Source: Somniosus microcephalus
Taxonomy: Eukaryota
Direction: 5' to 3'
Assembly: GCA_052327205.1 (NCBI GenBank)
Contig: CM126204.1
Coordinates: 341,744,001-341,808,000 of the forward strand
Length of the DNA stretch: 64,000 nt
In this document: positions 48,900-63,784 of the stretch, piece by piece
How positions within the stretch are numbered: the first letter of the stretch is position 1
Layout of the letters: the number at the start of each line of letters is the position of its first letter
Notes under the pieces: generated by a model
Databases searched by the model: none
Seen by the model: only the letters and a program-made list of their open reading frames with translations
What the model was told of the DNA's origin: nothing
Position numbers and translations under genes: made by a program

Positions 48900-51670
48900 A
48901 TTCTCCTGGCGAATGTGCAGTCACTGGACAATAAGCTGGACGAACTCAGGGGGAGGCTCACCTTCCAGCGAGACATTAAGAACTGCAACGTCTTGATTTT
49001 CACTGAGACTTGGCTTGATCCATCGATACCGGCTTCGGCCATTCAACCAGAGGGATTCAACATTCACTGGCTAGACCGAACAAAGGACTCGGGGAAGAAT
49101 AGAGGGGGTGGAGTATGCTTTATGATCAACAATTCTTGGTGTTCCGACGTGGAACTACTTACATCTTTTTGTTCACCCGATCTTGAACACCTGATGATCA
49201 AATGCCGACACTTCTACCTCTCGAGAGAGTTCTCATCTGTGATCATTACAGCGGTGTATATTCCACCACAGGCCGACGCAAATAGGGCACTAAACGAGCT
49301 GTATGGGATCATTACAGGCTTGAAACTTCCCATCCAGAGGCTGCATTCATCGTGGCTGGCGATTTCAACAAAGCCAATCTGAAGAAAGTACTGCCTAAAT
49401 ACCATCAGCATATCACCTGCCCAACGCGAGCCAAGAACACACTAGATCACGTTTACACTCCGTTCCGGGATGGATACAAGGCCCTCCCCCGCCCTCCCTT
49501 CGGCAAATCAGATCACGACTCCATCCTGCTGCTACCCACCTATAGACAAAAACTGAAACAGGAAAGCCTGTGATGAGATCTCTACAACGGTAGTCGGATC
49601 AATCAGACGCTATATTACAAAACTGTTTTGATTCCACTGACTGGGATATGTTCCGGAATGCCTCGGACAATGACATCAACACATATACAGATTCAGTCAT
49701 TAGTTTCATAAACAAGTGCATAGATGACGTTGTTCCGAGGATTGTTGTACGAACATTTCCCAACCAGAAACCATGAGTAAATGGCGATATCCGTGCTATG
49801 CTAAAAGCACGGTCCATTGCATTCAACTCTGGGGACATAGATGAGTACAAGAAATCAAAGTTCGAGCTAAGAAAAACCATCAAAAATGCAAAAAAAAATA
49901 CACGGATAAAGTGGAGTCACACTATCATAGCTCAGATTCGCGAAGGATGTGGAGTGAACTACAATCTATTACGGACTACAAAGGGAAACCCAGCTGTGTC
50001 ATGCCCAGCAATGCCTCTCTCCCGGACGAGCTTAACACTTTTTACGCCCGGTTTGAGGCCAACAACAACTGGCCTGTTACAAGGGCGCCCGCGGCTCAGG
50101 ACGACCGGGTCTTCTCAATCTCTGGCTGACGTGAGCAAGACTTTTAGGAGAGTGAACACCCACAAAGCACCTGGACCAGATGGAATCCCTGGGCGTGTCC
50201 TTAGAGCATGCGCTGACCAGCTGGCAGCCGTGTTTACGGATATATTCAGCCGTTCACTGTACCAGTCTGTAGTCCCCACCTGCTTCAAGATGACATCGGT
50301 TATTCCAGTCCACAAAAAACCAAAAGTAACCTGTTTAAACGACTGCCGCCCCATAGCACTCACTTCCGTCATCATGAAGTGCTTTGAAAGGCTGGTCAAA
50401 ACCCACATCAACTTCTTACTAACTGACACACTGGACCCACTCCAATTTGCTTACCGCCCAAAAACATCTAGGGGTGATGCCATCGCCACTGTACTGCACA
50501 CTGCCTTATCACACCTGGATAAGAGGAACACCTATGTGAGAATGTTGTTCATTGATTATAGTTCAGCATTCAATACCATTATCCCCTCCAAGCTTGTCAA
50601 CAAGCTCAGTGAGCTAGGACTTAACACCTCCCTATGCAACTGGATCCTGGACTTCCTGACGGGCAGACCCCAGGTGGTGAAAATAGGCAGTAACACCTCC
50701 TCAACACTGATCCTGAACACGGGAGCTCCCCAGGGTTGTGTGCTCAGCCCCCTTCTGTAATCCCTGTTTACTCACAATTGCGTGGCCACGCACAACTCCA
50801 ACTCCATCATCAAGTTTGCTGATGACACTACCGTTATAGGCCTGATCACAGATGGCGACGAGACAGGCTACAGGGAGGAGGCAAGAGCTCTAGCAGAATG
50901 GTGCAAGTACAACAACCTCTCCCTCAACATCAGCAAAACAAAGGAGATGATCGTGGACTACAGGAAGCGGCAAGGGGAGGGACACACCCCAATCTACATC
51001 GAAGGGGCTGAGGTGGAGAGGGTCAGCAGCTTCAAATTCCTGGGTGTATTCATTATGGAGGACTTAATGTGGTCACATCACATCGACGTCGTAACGAAGA
51101 AGGCATGCCAACGCCTGTTCTTCCTCGGGAGACTGAAGAAATTTGGAATGGCCCCCCAGATTCTCACCAACTTCTACCGGTGCACCATCGAGAGTATCTT
51201 GTCCGGCTGCATCACTACCTGGTATGGCAACTGCACCGCCACAGACCGCAAGGCTCTACAGATGGTGGTGAAAGCTGCACAACATACTATAGGAATTAAA
51301 CTACCTGCTGTCCAGGATATCTACCCCGAGAGGTGCCGGGGGAAGGCCCTGAGAATCATTAAAGACGCGAGCCACCCCAGCCACAACCTCTTTGCCCTGC
51401 TCCCGTCCGGTAAGAGATACCGAAGCATACGGTCTCGTACCAGCAGGTTTCGAAACAGCTTCTACCCCCAGGCCATAAGACTCATGAACGTATAATTTAT
51501 TATTATTTATTACTGTTGTTGTATTTATTATTACTGTATTTCTATTAGTATTTTATCATTGTTATGCCATATTTATTCCAATGTTGGAAGGACTCGTAAA
51601 AATCAACATTTCATTGTGCAGTACACACGTCTGCTGCATATATGACAAATAAAATTGAATTGAATTGAAT
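48900..51670 (+). mobile_element. Rex1/Babar-clade LINE (APE + RT), with frameshifts and stops
   Basis: LLANVQSLDNK, FTETWL, GDFN, KSDH, KAPGPDG, IDYSSAFNTI, GAPQGCVLSP, FADDT, SFYPQAIRL; (ATTGA)n tail. Confidence 0.93.
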
Positions 51671-53491
51671 CTTGATGCAGCATTCAATTATAATTATTGA
51701 CAGCCATTCAAAACGATGTTGCTAATTTGGAAAAGGTTCAGTAACCCTTTACATTCCTTAAATCAAATAAACACCTATTTTCACAGAATTTATGGCAGTC
51801 AGAAGAGTTCAAATTATGCAAGGAGCACGCTACTCGGCTGATCAAGCTACTTAATTCTGAAACCACGTTACTGTCCTTTGCAATCAAAGGAACAAGAACC
51901 ACATGAATATTTATATTAATTTCTTATATGTGATTTTGAAAAGTAGCCAATTAAACCAACTGATACATTATGGCTTCACTCTGTAGTGTATTAAGAGTTG
52001 CCAGTCATCTCTAGTAAAATTAACTTGCATAAGCTGCCATTTTAAATTTGACACTTTGGCAGGAATTTTAACTCCCAAAGACTGGTGGATAGTGGGAAGA
52101 TAAAATTATTAAATTCTCAAACCCGATCCAACCCGCCCACTTCCAGTTTTAACGGAGGCGAGTCGGAGGGCGGGCAACCAATCTGCTCTCAGGAGGCGGG
52201 TCGGTCACTAAAATCTTTTAAGGAGGCCTCCATTATAACTGCTATTTTAAATGTTTTAACTCTTGGAGGCTGGGACTCACAGCCTTGGGAACCCCAGCAG
52301 TTGAAAGGATGTGAGAAGGGCTGGATCCATGAGGCAAGTGCTTTTATTGCACTGTTTGTGGGCCAGGAGGAGCAGGAGTGTTTCCTCAAAGCCCATCAGC
52401 TTACCTGCATGCGATCAACCCCCACGATTGGCCAACCCCCACGATTGGCCAACCCCCACGATTGGCCGACTCCCACCCACCCCTCCACTGGTGGTGTCCA
52501 ATTCACCCCGCCCCCTTCAATGTCTGACCACCACCCCCCCTGCGATGTCCAACCCCTGAGATGTCTGACCCCCATCCTGCGATTCCGATTCACCCACATC
52601 CGCTCAATATCTGACCACCCACCTCCCCCCCCACCCAACCCCCCACAATGTCAAACTTACCTGACATCCACTCTCCCGCCCATCAAGCATATCAATCTGG
52701 CTGGCTGTTGGCCGGGAAACCTGTTTAAAGAAATTTTAAAGTTGTCCTGTGGTTAATTTTCACAGGACATGCAGGAAAACCTTATTTCCGTAGTTTCCCA
52801 TCTGAAAATCCTCCTTCCCCATCCCTGACTCTCTCCTCGGCCCTGAGTAAATATAGGAGCCTTTGCCTTTTCTAATTTTTTTTGCTTAAGTAATCGATGA
52901 GGTCACTGAGGTGACTCAAACCAAATAAAACATTGGATGTGAACATTGTATTAAAAACTCATGTATCTAAAGCAACTCTCACTTCTTTGAAGGCAGGTTG
53001 CCTCATGGCATGTACTCGAAACCATCTGCATTTTTTTTCAGTTACCGACAGTTATTAAGTAGATCAGCAAAACCCCATAACAATGAATTAGATGCATCAG
53101 CTTCTTTCAAATTGCATTTCCTTCCTGTTAGGAACCATTAGAGTCACAAACAAGACTGTCTTTAGAAACTGCATTATTGCATCTGCCCTTCAGCGCCGTT
53201 TCCAGGATGGATAATGTTGCACATATTATGGGCAATTACAACCAAAGCTCCCATCTGTCTGTTGATCAATTTTTAGATCTGTGAGAGCTGGTGCTACCGA
53301 TTTAAACTGGTCTGTTTGTTTATCTCAGCCTTCATAGAAATAATGCCTTCGTATTTCAAGTGTGACAAAGGTTGTTTTGCAATATAGGCTATTACATACT
53401 AAGACTGCGAAAAAATAAAACCCCTTGCTAAACACAGGTTTTTACATATTTCAATGCCAGGGTTTTTTTTCTCTTGTAAGTATGAAGCTAG

Positions 53492-53842
53492 TGTGGCGGA
53501 GCCACCAAGGGTCTCAGAACAATTAGTAATAATCCCTTTAACTACAGTGTAGTGCAGCCGCGGGCTGCACCTTTAAACTGTCTGTTAACTGTACTATATT
53601 GTGTTTTCCTGCACTCCACGTGATGACGTCATGACGCCGATCACGTGACCACCAGTGGCGCGAAGAACGCGATGACGTCAGCTTCCAGAATCTTCCAGTA
53701 GTCGTCGCGTGCCCAGCAAGCTGATTAGACCTGTGTACCGTTTCTCCTGTAGTTTCCCTGTTAACTTCGTTGTTCATTAAAACCTGTTGATTTGATTCAT
53801 CGAGTCGAATACCTTATTCAGATAGGAACCTCCGTTCCTACA
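53492..53842 (+). mobile_element. Solo LTR (351 bp)
   Basis: TGT...ACA termini; 4-bp TSD CTAG; ATTAAA at ~53776; CpG-rich. Confidence 0.75.
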
Positions 53843-54439
53843 CTAGATTAATAAATATGATTTTATAAGATATCACAGAAACTTTTATAATTTCTATGAT
53901 TAATAAATATGACAATGCAATGATGTTATTATAAAATCATTCATTAAAGGGGTATTAGTTGTTATAAAGGTAGGGATTGTTGTCCAACCAAATTTTGTGT
54001 CACATAGGGTGCAGTTATACTTCTACCTCTGCATTGATGTGAAATGACTTTGGTTGAGCATTGACATCAAAGCGGCAGTGCAATTGTGGAATGAGGTTGG
54101 CGATCTGACTCCCAAGAAGACTAAAATGAGAGATGAGAGTCTGACTCAGTTTGGTCTTTGCAGAGATGCAGTCTATCTTCAAGCCTATTCCTAGCTGCAT
54201 TTAAAAAGTGCCCAGTTAGTCCACTGCACTTTTCAAAGGTATTTTTCAATGTTTTTAGTGTTAGAAGAGAAGCACCACTTTTCCCACTCTCTTTTAATAT
54301 TATCAAATAGCCACCTTTGCAGTAGAACTCTGCATGTGCCTCTAAACATGCAGACACAGAGCTCCTTTGTCATTAAGCTCAAGGCAAAGTGTAGGCAGCT
54401 GTGTAACTTGGATCTCCCAATTGTATATCGCATTCTGCA

Positions 54440-54900
54440 GGTACTGATCTAAGGCTGGGGCTTGGGAAGGATGGAGCAAGTGACTGTATGTCCTCACGAG
54501 GGTGGGCCTCTTCCATGTCTTGTGCGGCAGGTCCTGGGTCATGGGCTGGTCCTGCAAAAAGAGGAAAGGGACAAGGGTCAGTAAGTAATGGGAAAGTTAA
54601 GCAGTAGCAGATGAGTGGCAGAGCAATGCAGCACCAGGTTGCTACGCTGCCTGTACGTGTGATTGCTTAAGGAAAGATAAAAGGGGAGAGAAGTAGGCAG
54701 ACACCCTGCTGCACTTGTCTCCGGCCTTGCCATCCACAATTTTCCTGCTGCCTGCCCCAGTCATTTGCAAGGCTTCCTCTTCTATCTGAGCGAGGGCTTG
54801 AATAGAGGCTGGCCGTTCCCCTGTTCTGGTTCTCTCTCTTTTATTGTGAGACAGCTTGCCCTGCAGGAAGCGTGGGAGTGAGTTAGTTTGTGTCCATGAA
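54440..54900 (-). pseudogene. Harbinger Myb/SANT gene fragment
   Basis: LQGKLSHNKRERTRTG...IEEEALQMTG resembles exon 2 of the 18675-20598 gene. Confidence 0.6.
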
Positions 54901-55124
54901 AGGGTTGTGCAGATGTGTGAGGTTGCTTCATATATTGGCCATGCTGAGAGGAAGAAGCTGCAAGTTGTGAGCAGCATGGGGAGGTGGTAATGATAAAACA
55001 AAGTGGCTCCAATGTGAACTCCAATGTTAGTGGAAGAGTAAAATGCTTTCCACTTGTTACCAGGTAAAAGCAGAATGCTGTTTGTGTCTGTTCTAAGCGC
55101 AGCAACAGAAGAGTGTGTGATTAA

Positions 55125-55560
55125 AATCATAGAATCGTACAGCACAGAAGGAGGTCATTTGGCTCATCGTGCTGTGCTGGCTCTTTGAAACAGTGATCCA
55201 ATTAGTCCTATCCCTCTGCTCTTTCCCCGTAGCCCTGCAAATGTTTCCTTTTCCAGTATTTATCCAATTCCCTTTTGAAAGTTACTATTGAATCTGTTTC
55301 CACTACCCTTTCAGGCAGCGCATTCCAGATCACAACAACTCACTGCATTAAAAAAATTCTCTTCATCTCCCCCTTGTTCTTTTGCCAATTGTCTAAAATC
55401 TGTGACCTCTGGTTATTGACCCTCCTGCAAGTGGAAACAATTTCTCCCTATCTACTCTATCAAAACCCCTCATGATTTTGAACACCTCTATAAAATCTCC
55501 CCTTAACCTTCTCTGCTCTAAGGTGAACAATCCCAGCTTCTCTAGTCTCTCCACATAACT
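55125..55560 (-). mobile_element. CR1 3' fragment
   Basis: YVERLEKLGLFTLEQRRLRGD...TRGH; catagaatc tail. Confidence 0.85.
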
Positions 55561-57276
55561 GCTGCAGCGTCTGCCTGGGCACCCTTCTGCCAGTTGTGGG
55601 GAAGTGGCCTTCTGCCAGTTGTGGGGAAGCGGACCCATCTCCAGATCCTCACCTGCTGTACCAAGACCTGCACCACTGTATCGCTGAACCTGGACTCCTT
55701 TACAGGAGACATCTATCACAAAAGATCCAAAAGTCATTCCAAGATGTTGTTCAAATTTAATGCAAACCTTGCTTTAAGAGGTGCAAGCTCACTTTAAATA
55801 GGTACGTGCCTGCTGGAAATCCCCCCCTCCCGCCCCCCTCCAGCGGCAATCTGCCAATCAACGCTACTAACACATGGGTAGCTTGCCCATGAGATTAAAA
55901 GGAGGCCTGACCATCAAAATGGTTCTGACTAAGGGTCATCGACCTGAAACGTTAACTCTGTTTCTCTCTCCACAGATGCTGCCTGACCTGCTGAGTATTT
56001 CCAGCATTTACTGATTTTACATCAAAATGGTTCGTTTCTCTCACTACTGACATTGAGCGAGTTCCCCAATGACTCCACCCACCATCGGCCCAATTTCCAC
56101 CACACGTGCGAATTGACCCTAATGGCTCAGTCTGTGAAGCATGATCACTGTTGGTTATGTAGGCATTTAGGGGGGAAAATTCGTGTTCGTCAGCAAAAGT
56201 TAATGGCCACTGAAAATGGCCGTAATGCCAACCGAGTGAAATTGGTCTGGGGGGCATGTGGAGATAGGTGGTGCAGCGCTCACCTTCCGTGGTGGCATTA
56301 CTGGAGGGATCCGGGACGAAGTTTGTGACCAGGTCCGACGTTGCAGCTTCCCACAGCCTCTGGGAGCGAAGCTGTGGAGCTCGCAGGGAATTGTGGGCAA
56401 TGAAGAGGTCTGAGAATTAAAGGGGCCATTCACACTGAAGCAATACAAAATAAAATGCAGTGACTCAATACAGTTTTCAGCCCTTTCTGCCTTTTAAGAA
56501 ATATTCAATATTTAGAAGAAGTTCCAAATGTGAATATTTAGCTGTTAAAGCTGAATTACCTTCCTAACCTCAACAAATGGGAAAACTGCCTCAGCACTAA
56601 CACAAATGGCTCAGCAAGCCAGGGAAGGGGCACCGAGGGTCTCACAAACAGCACTCCAGCTTTGTGCAGAGGGCCAACACTGCAAGAGCGGCCCTGTACC
56701 CACAGGGGCCAGGTGGCCCTCCAGAAAGAACGATGTGGGACCACATCACTAAGGCCGTCACTGCCAGCAGTATCGCCCCCACCACCTGGCTCCACTGCTC
56801 ATAGAAGCTTCATGACCTCAGACCACTGGTCAAGGTCAGTGAATGCATCTTCAAAAGCCATCTCCTACCAACTGAACCACTAGCCTCACACACTGCTCAA
56901 TGCACAACCCCCAATCTCTCATCTACCAACAATCTGCACCAATGACGAGGCACATCTCCCATTCCTAGCCTCACCGCACCCCCTTGGAGGAGATGGTGCT
57001 GGCCATTCTTGGCAGGGGCATGGCTGAGCCCTTGGCCAGCAGCGGAGCTGAAAGGATAAAAGATGCTGGTATCCTCATATGTTATCCTCCTTCTGGCATG
57101 CACCTTTTGCTTTCCCACCCTCCCATCAGCACAACTCCACCCTTGTGCCTTCCTCACCCAAGAAATGCAGCCTGCCCAGCCAGTGGGTCGACAAGAAGAG
57201 GCAGCTTGCCCAGCCAGAGAGACCGCAGGCGGATGATTCCATCCCGGATATCCCAGCCAAAAAGGAGCTGTCTAAG

Positions 57277-57623
57277 ATCACAGAAACCCCACAGTGCAGA
57301 TAGAGGCCATTTCGGCCCATCGAGCCTGCACCGACACATATCCCACCCGATCCCCGTAACCCCTACACCAACACATATCCCACCCTATCCCTGTAACCCC
57401 ACGTATTTAATCCCCCTAACACTAAGGGTCAATTTATCATAGCCAATAGCCAATCAACCTAACCCGCACATCTTTGGACTGTGGGAGGAAGCCGGAGCAC
57501 TCGGAGAAAACCCACGCAAACACGGGGAGAATGTGCAAACTCCACACAGACAGTTGCCCGAGTCCGGATTCGAACCCGGGTCTCTGGCGCTGTGAGGCAA
57601 CAGTGCTAACCACTATGCCACCG
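57277..57623 (-). mobile_element. HE1-like V-SINE
   Basis: Reverse complement of 23613-23945. Confidence 0.9.
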
Positions 57624-59366
57624 TTTGATTCCTCCTCTTCGGCTTCCTCCTCCTCTGCGTCTTCCTCTTCCCTCTGCAAGTAGGTGCTGTAGATGTGAAA
57701 TGACAGCATAAAATGCTGGAAATACTCAGTTGGTCAGGCAGCATGTCGACCTGAGACGTGAACTCTGTTTTTCTCTCCACGGATGTTACGTGACCTGCTG
57801 AGTATTCGCAGCATGTTCTGTCTTCTCAAAGGCCTTCATTTACCATCCGAGCCCTTGCAAGCGTCCAGCAGCACTTCCTACACACTTAAAACATGTTTTG
57901 CATCTATTGCAGCAAGCCACCACTTCAATAAAATCAAAAAAAACCAGGCCAAACCCTTAAAATCAAACTTACCTGAATGATGTGTGTGTGTCCCTTTAAG
58001 AGCAGCTGTCAGCCTGCTTGCACACCAGGTTAACCTGCCATGCTTAGGACCCAGCCCTAAGGTCGAAGTTCGCGTTGGTGACGTTAAATCAGCGTTGCAG
58101 GGCGCTGCCAGTTACCGGCAGCGCAAAGGGGGAGACAAATATGGCGGTTGCCGTGGGACCCGCCACCAGCTGGCAAAAGAGCGGTGGCTGCCATTTTATC
58201 GCCATTTCATGGCACTACAGTGTCAGTAAGGAGATGAATTTCTAGCCCTTAGTGTTCTTACAGTAAAACAAAAACACTTCAATCACTGTTTAAGCACATT
58301 TGGGATAGAACATGATTTCTTTCCATGGGAATACCTAGAGATGATGATGGAGATCACCGCAGATCCCCAATATTTGTTTTGGTTGTTTACATTTTGCATC
58401 CCTCCCCATCATCAAAGGATGTGTTTTCTGTCTGTCCTTGCTATCTCTCTGCATAATACTGTACACGCATTTATAATTCTATTAAACTGTGGAGCAAGTG
58501 GGCTGCATGCCTGAAATACAATGAGCTGCCAAAGAAATATTCTTTGGCTTTTCATTTACACTGTTCATCAAAATGATTTCCTCATTATGTATAAACAATA
58601 ATGTTATCGTCATCTAAAATATGATAATGTTACATGTTATCCAATTGTCTTAATTTTTACGTCTCCTGGAAAATAATGTCACCCAGTTTTTTAAACTGAA
58701 ACTATTATTATAAATTTATAAAAATGCTCGGCTTTATATGTAATTAGCAAGCGTAAAAATTGCAATACTGTTTTTCACAGATGAATTTTATGAAGCATAA
58801 TGAAGTAGCCCCTATGACATGACATATGATTCAGTGATGTCAATGTGAAATTCCTGTTTAAGTTTAATTCTAAACAGTTCTGAATCAAGAATATTATGAT
58901 TCATTTTGAAACGTTCTCCAAATAATGAGCACTTATTTTCCAATGTCTCTTAATTAATTCAGTGTCAGTCTTCATTATTAGTAAAACCCATAGATACTGT
59001 AACTATATCAATTTAGAGGAGCAGTCGGTGCAGATAGGTTGTTGCAGATCTCATTAAGCCAACCAAAAAATACGTGAAATAGGTCAGGCAAAATATGACA
59101 TATATTGTGACTGTGCATTATCAAAAGAAGTGATTAGATCTCGTTTGTGTCTAAAACCAAATTAAAATTACCATTGAACATGGATTACAGATGCTATAAT
59201 ATGTGCTGGAGTAATTTAACCTTAATGGAAAAACTCTGTAACACTTCTGTATTGAAGACAAGTAATTATACATACTAGGACTAAATAGAAATGCTTTTGC
59301 CTGTAGAAGAAACAGCAGAATTCATAAAATCCAATTTATTATTAAAATGTACTTTTAAGACTCAGT

Positions 59367-60650
59367 GGGGGAAAAATTCGTATCATTAGCGCTTCCCGTT
59401 AGTGCCAGTAGATAGCACTAATAGGATACTGGACCAGTATCGCTGGGGTGAGGCGAATCCAGCGCCGCATGCCAAATCCTGCGCCCACCCCCGTAGTGCC
59501 GCCGGTAAGTGGTATCACCGGGAACATCAACGGCAGGTAGATCGTGATGTCAGCGATTTGCAAAATTGATTCTCGCCACTTACCTCGCCACCTGGAGTAA
59601 ACACCAATAGGGAGAGCTGGCATGCAACACCAGGAAGCCGGCTCCAGGAACGTTATTTAAAGGGATCATCAGTAATCACTCGCAGCTGTCAGGTTAGTGC
59701 AGTTTCAATGTTTTTTTTGGTTTCACCCACTGCAATTTCATTAAGCAATTTCAAGGTTCTTTTGCATCAGGAGTCTTCTGGCAACTAAAAAGTAGTTACA
59801 TTTATTCTTCAAAGTTTCAAACTGCTACACTTGGTTACATTAATGGGGGCTGTACTGGCATGCCACCTCGCCCTCCAGGATCTATGTCGGAGGGAGCATA
59901 GGCAGCGAGAAATACAGAAACAGTAGCACAGGCAGCGAGAAATACAGAAACATGTGTGCAGAGGGAGGAGGAGGGCCAGCAGGGCTCTCAACAGGAGGCC
60001 TTACTCTCCGAGGGTATTCCAAGAGCACTTCTCCTACCTTCAGTTAAGCGAGGAGCAGTGTATTTGAAGGCTTCGCTTCACCAAGGAGGTGGTCACAGAA
60101 CTCTGCCACCTCCTGCAACCAGACCTCTAGCCTCAGACCAGGGCAACCACGGCTCTCTCAATGGCAGTCAAGGTCACTGTGGCCCTCAATTTCTTCACCA
60201 GCAGATCCTTCCAGTCTGCCACAGGAGACATATCTAACATCTTGCAGCTCGCCATCCATCGTTGCATCCGGGAGGTCACGGGGCTCTCTACAGCAAGAGA
60301 AGGGACTACATTGGCTTCCCGATCACCAGAGAGAAACAGGACGAGCGTGCATGTTGCTTTGCCAGGATAACGGGCTTCCCCATGGCGTAGGGCACCATCG
60401 ACTACACCCACGTGGCTTTGCAGGCACCGCATAACAATCCTGAGATCTTTCATAACCGCAAAGGCTACTACTCACTTAATGTGCAGTTGGTGTGTGACCA
60501 CAGACAGCGAATCCTTAATGTCAATGCCCGCTATCCTGGCAGCAGCCACGATGCCTTCATCCTGCGCCAGACCGGTATGTCAGCAATCTTCCAGCCACCA
60601 CGTCAAGCTCAAGGGTGGCTGCTCGGAGGCAAGGGCTATCCGTGTTACCA
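59367..60650 (+). mobile_element. Harbinger transposon left part with decayed HARBI1-type DDE transposase
   Basis: TIR gggggaaaaattcg; VKVTVALNFF..SFQ..GD, IDYTHVA, NRKGYYSLNVQLVCD, YPGSSHDAFIL, WLLG.KGYP. Confidence 0.88.
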
Positions 60651-60979
60651 CTGCTGCTATTTAGTTGATAGGCAGTGGTGTAGACAAGTTCATTGTCGAA
60701 TAGTTATTTACTACTGTTAAACAAATTTCTACCTAAAGTATTGTAACAGGAAAAGTTTTGCACAATTGCTAAAAATATACACAACTGTATAATTGACTAA
60801 TTCAACACAGTGTGGCGTAAATCCAGGAAATTTGCAATTGCCATTCACTGCAATGGTTAGTGGAGCTACTGTAATGAACTTTCCTCAGTTTAGAACTTCC
60901 CTGGAATAGAGGTGAGACAGAGGACTGGCACAGGACAAAGGCATCATTAGCTGCTGCCAGGAAACCGGGTACAGACCTG

Positions 60980-61160
60980 CTTTATATGCTGCCTGTGGTC
61001 GCAAATGAGCTGCACACGGAGGGAGTGGGATCCCTTTCAGTTGAGGAAGATGCCAGATTGGTGATGGGAAGCATGTAGGACAATGTGAGTGCAGCCGATG
61101 GCCCCTTGGACCCTGGGGAAACATGCAATGCTTGCGAAGTCTAGTGTTCTCTCATTCTGC
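60980..61160 (-). pseudogene. Second Harbinger transposase fragment
   Basis: FPRVQGAIGCTHIVL...IFLN*KGSHS. Confidence 0.7.
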
Positions 61161-62769
61161 CGTGGTGGGCGGTGCACTTCGGGTGCAGGCGGGCACACGT
61201 GCCACCACCATATTGGACCCTTGGGCCTTAAAAATGGGCTTGGCACAATCCAGTTTCTAGGTAATCAGCTTTTAGAATCAGTTTACCTTTAGGAAAAAAG
61301 TCAAACCGGATGCAACTATATTAGTTTAAAAATTTGAACTGAAAGTACTAATACTTGTAATGGCTTTTCCAACTGAATTTTGCAAATGATCCATCTCATA
61401 ACCATCAAAAATAATAACTGCTAATGCATTGGGTTACCACACAGTCCTATCACCTATGCAGCCTGAGTTTGAATTCAGAACAAATCAGTGGAATACAAGT
61501 TTCCTCTCTCTGACAGCTATAATGGTTCCAAGTAAAATGAGTTTGGATAATCTGACCCCAGTTCTAGTCGGAACAAATCCATAGCGGAAAACCGTCAATA
61601 TTCTCCCACTGATGACACGAAATGAGCAGTCTAACACTGCTGTTCTACAAGGTAAAATTCACACTGCTTTAGTGGGTGGGTGCTCTTCTGATTGTGCTTG
61701 AGGTACATTGTTCTGGAGGGAGCTTTAAGCTGCATTTACGCTATGCTACACCTAACCGGTGATCGCTTAATGCTGATACTAAATGCTCATCAAAGTGAGG
61801 ATGTCAGAGCTTCAGAATGGAACATTTTTCTACCTTGACCTCCCAATGTCAGCACCAACCACCCTTAGATCATGTACAGCAGAGCCAGAAGTGGAATAAA
61901 GAGCCGTCTGTTCTTAAACAACACATCTACTGCAGCAAGGTCAGCTTTTCGACTTCCCATATGGTTGACTGAAACTGGCAATTTAATGCCAAATTATCTG
62001 AATTATTGCCACTTTTGTGCCATGGGGCCACCATATGACTTAAATTCACTAGCAGATAAAAGGTAAGACTTTCATCCTGTTAGTCAGGGATGGCTTTCAA
62101 TCCAGGCCCCAGACATGAAAGGGCAGTTTGCTCATCCACTGTGTGAACTCGTTCCAAAAAGGTTTATTTTAGGTTCTGGAGTGGGTTAGTCCACTGGGGG
62201 TGGGGGGTATGGTTGGGGGTGGGATGGGATGGATGCCAGGAGAGGGGTGGGGGAATGATAACCAGCCACCAGCAGGCTGGAAGATTTATTTCTGCTCCTC
62301 CCGCTCCTCCTGGCCCCACCCAAATCTTTTTTTAAAAACTTACCTTTTACGGACTGCTGGTTATGCCTGGAAAGAGTGGGACTAGCATGCACTGTGCATG
62401 CTCTGCCCGTTTCTCCACTGAAATTGCAATCGGGGTCCTACAACGGTTCTGGGCATCCATTTAAAAGTCTGGCTGACAATTGATTCAGGCATGCAACTGG
62501 TTGTACCAGGTCCCCACCAGATACTGTACTCCTCTGCCAGCCACCCGCTTGTCGTCATTAGAAACAGTCTAGCCATTTGTTTCACTCCCATTCATTCTGA
62601 ATCAACAGGAATCGCTTTACCCAAAACTGTTTTATAAATTTCGTACTGTATTGGAAAAAATGCCTGCATCTTGATTCAACCTAAGTCCCAAAATAGTAAA
62701 CATATGATCACATAATTTCTTGGAAAATAACACAAAAGGTTAGTGCAGTAATTGTGCCTTTTATAGTAT

Positions 62770-63120
62770 TCACAGAATCACAGAAACCCCACAGTGCAGA
62801 TAGAGGCCATTTCGGCCCATCGAGCCTGCACCGACACATATCCCACCCGATCCCCGTAACCCCTACACCAACACATATCCCACCCTATCCCCGTAACCCC
62901 ACATATTTAATCCCCCTAACACTAAGGGTCAATTTATCATAGCCAATCAACCTAACCCGCACATCTTTGGATTGTGGGAGGAAACCGGAGCACCCGGAGA
63001 AAACCCACGCAAACACGGGGAGAATGTGCAAACTCCACACAGACAGTCACCCGAGGCCGGATTCGAACCCGGGTCCCTGGCGCTGTGAGGCAACAGTACT
63101 AACCACTATGCCACCGTGCT
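62770..63120 (-). mobile_element. HE1-like V-SINE
   Basis: Near-identical to 57277-57623. Confidence 0.9.
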
Positions 63121-63784
63121 GCAGTATTCTTGAAAGTAATACTGGTTTCATGTATTTTTGTTCAACAAGAATGATACACAAAATGATTACTGACTTTAAA
63201 ACAACCTTCAGTCCAAGGAAGGTGGACAATTCTGTGTCCCATTTGTGGACAGCAATTGCTATAAACACAGCAAATGTTATTGGTTCGCGAATATAATCAT
63301 ATCACAAGTATTTTTCTTTACTTTTATGCTCACTCCCTTGGGTTATGTAGAAAGCAAGCATGACGTTGAGAACTAACTTTAAATAAATTTCACGGAGGCT
63401 GTCTTTACAGACACTATGTAGAAATCGTATCTTCTTCAATGAAAACATTTCCCCTGCAGTAACCAATCTGAGGTTTAAAGCCATAAACATTATTGTTTCA
63501 AGTGCACAGTAGAATATTTTATGGCCAAATTTATCTTCTGTGATGATGCCAGACCTGAATCTTTGTTTCTATCTTTTACTTAATGGACCCTAGTAGGGAT
63601 GGAACACCATCTCAGACAAGATCTTCAGAGCAGAAACTCCTTGTTCACTGTTTGATTTTATTGGTCTTAAAAACTAGAAGACTGCATTTTTCAATCCTGT
63701 GTTTCATCTCCAGGGCAGGTCTGGCACTTCCATTGTATTAAAGATGGAAGGAATTTTATTTTCAATGTATTTCAATGTATTTCA

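Noticed and set aside
52085-52756. 223-aa Pro-rich ORF
   Set aside because: Lies in a Harbinger-like repeat with C-rich low-complexity sequence; no domain.
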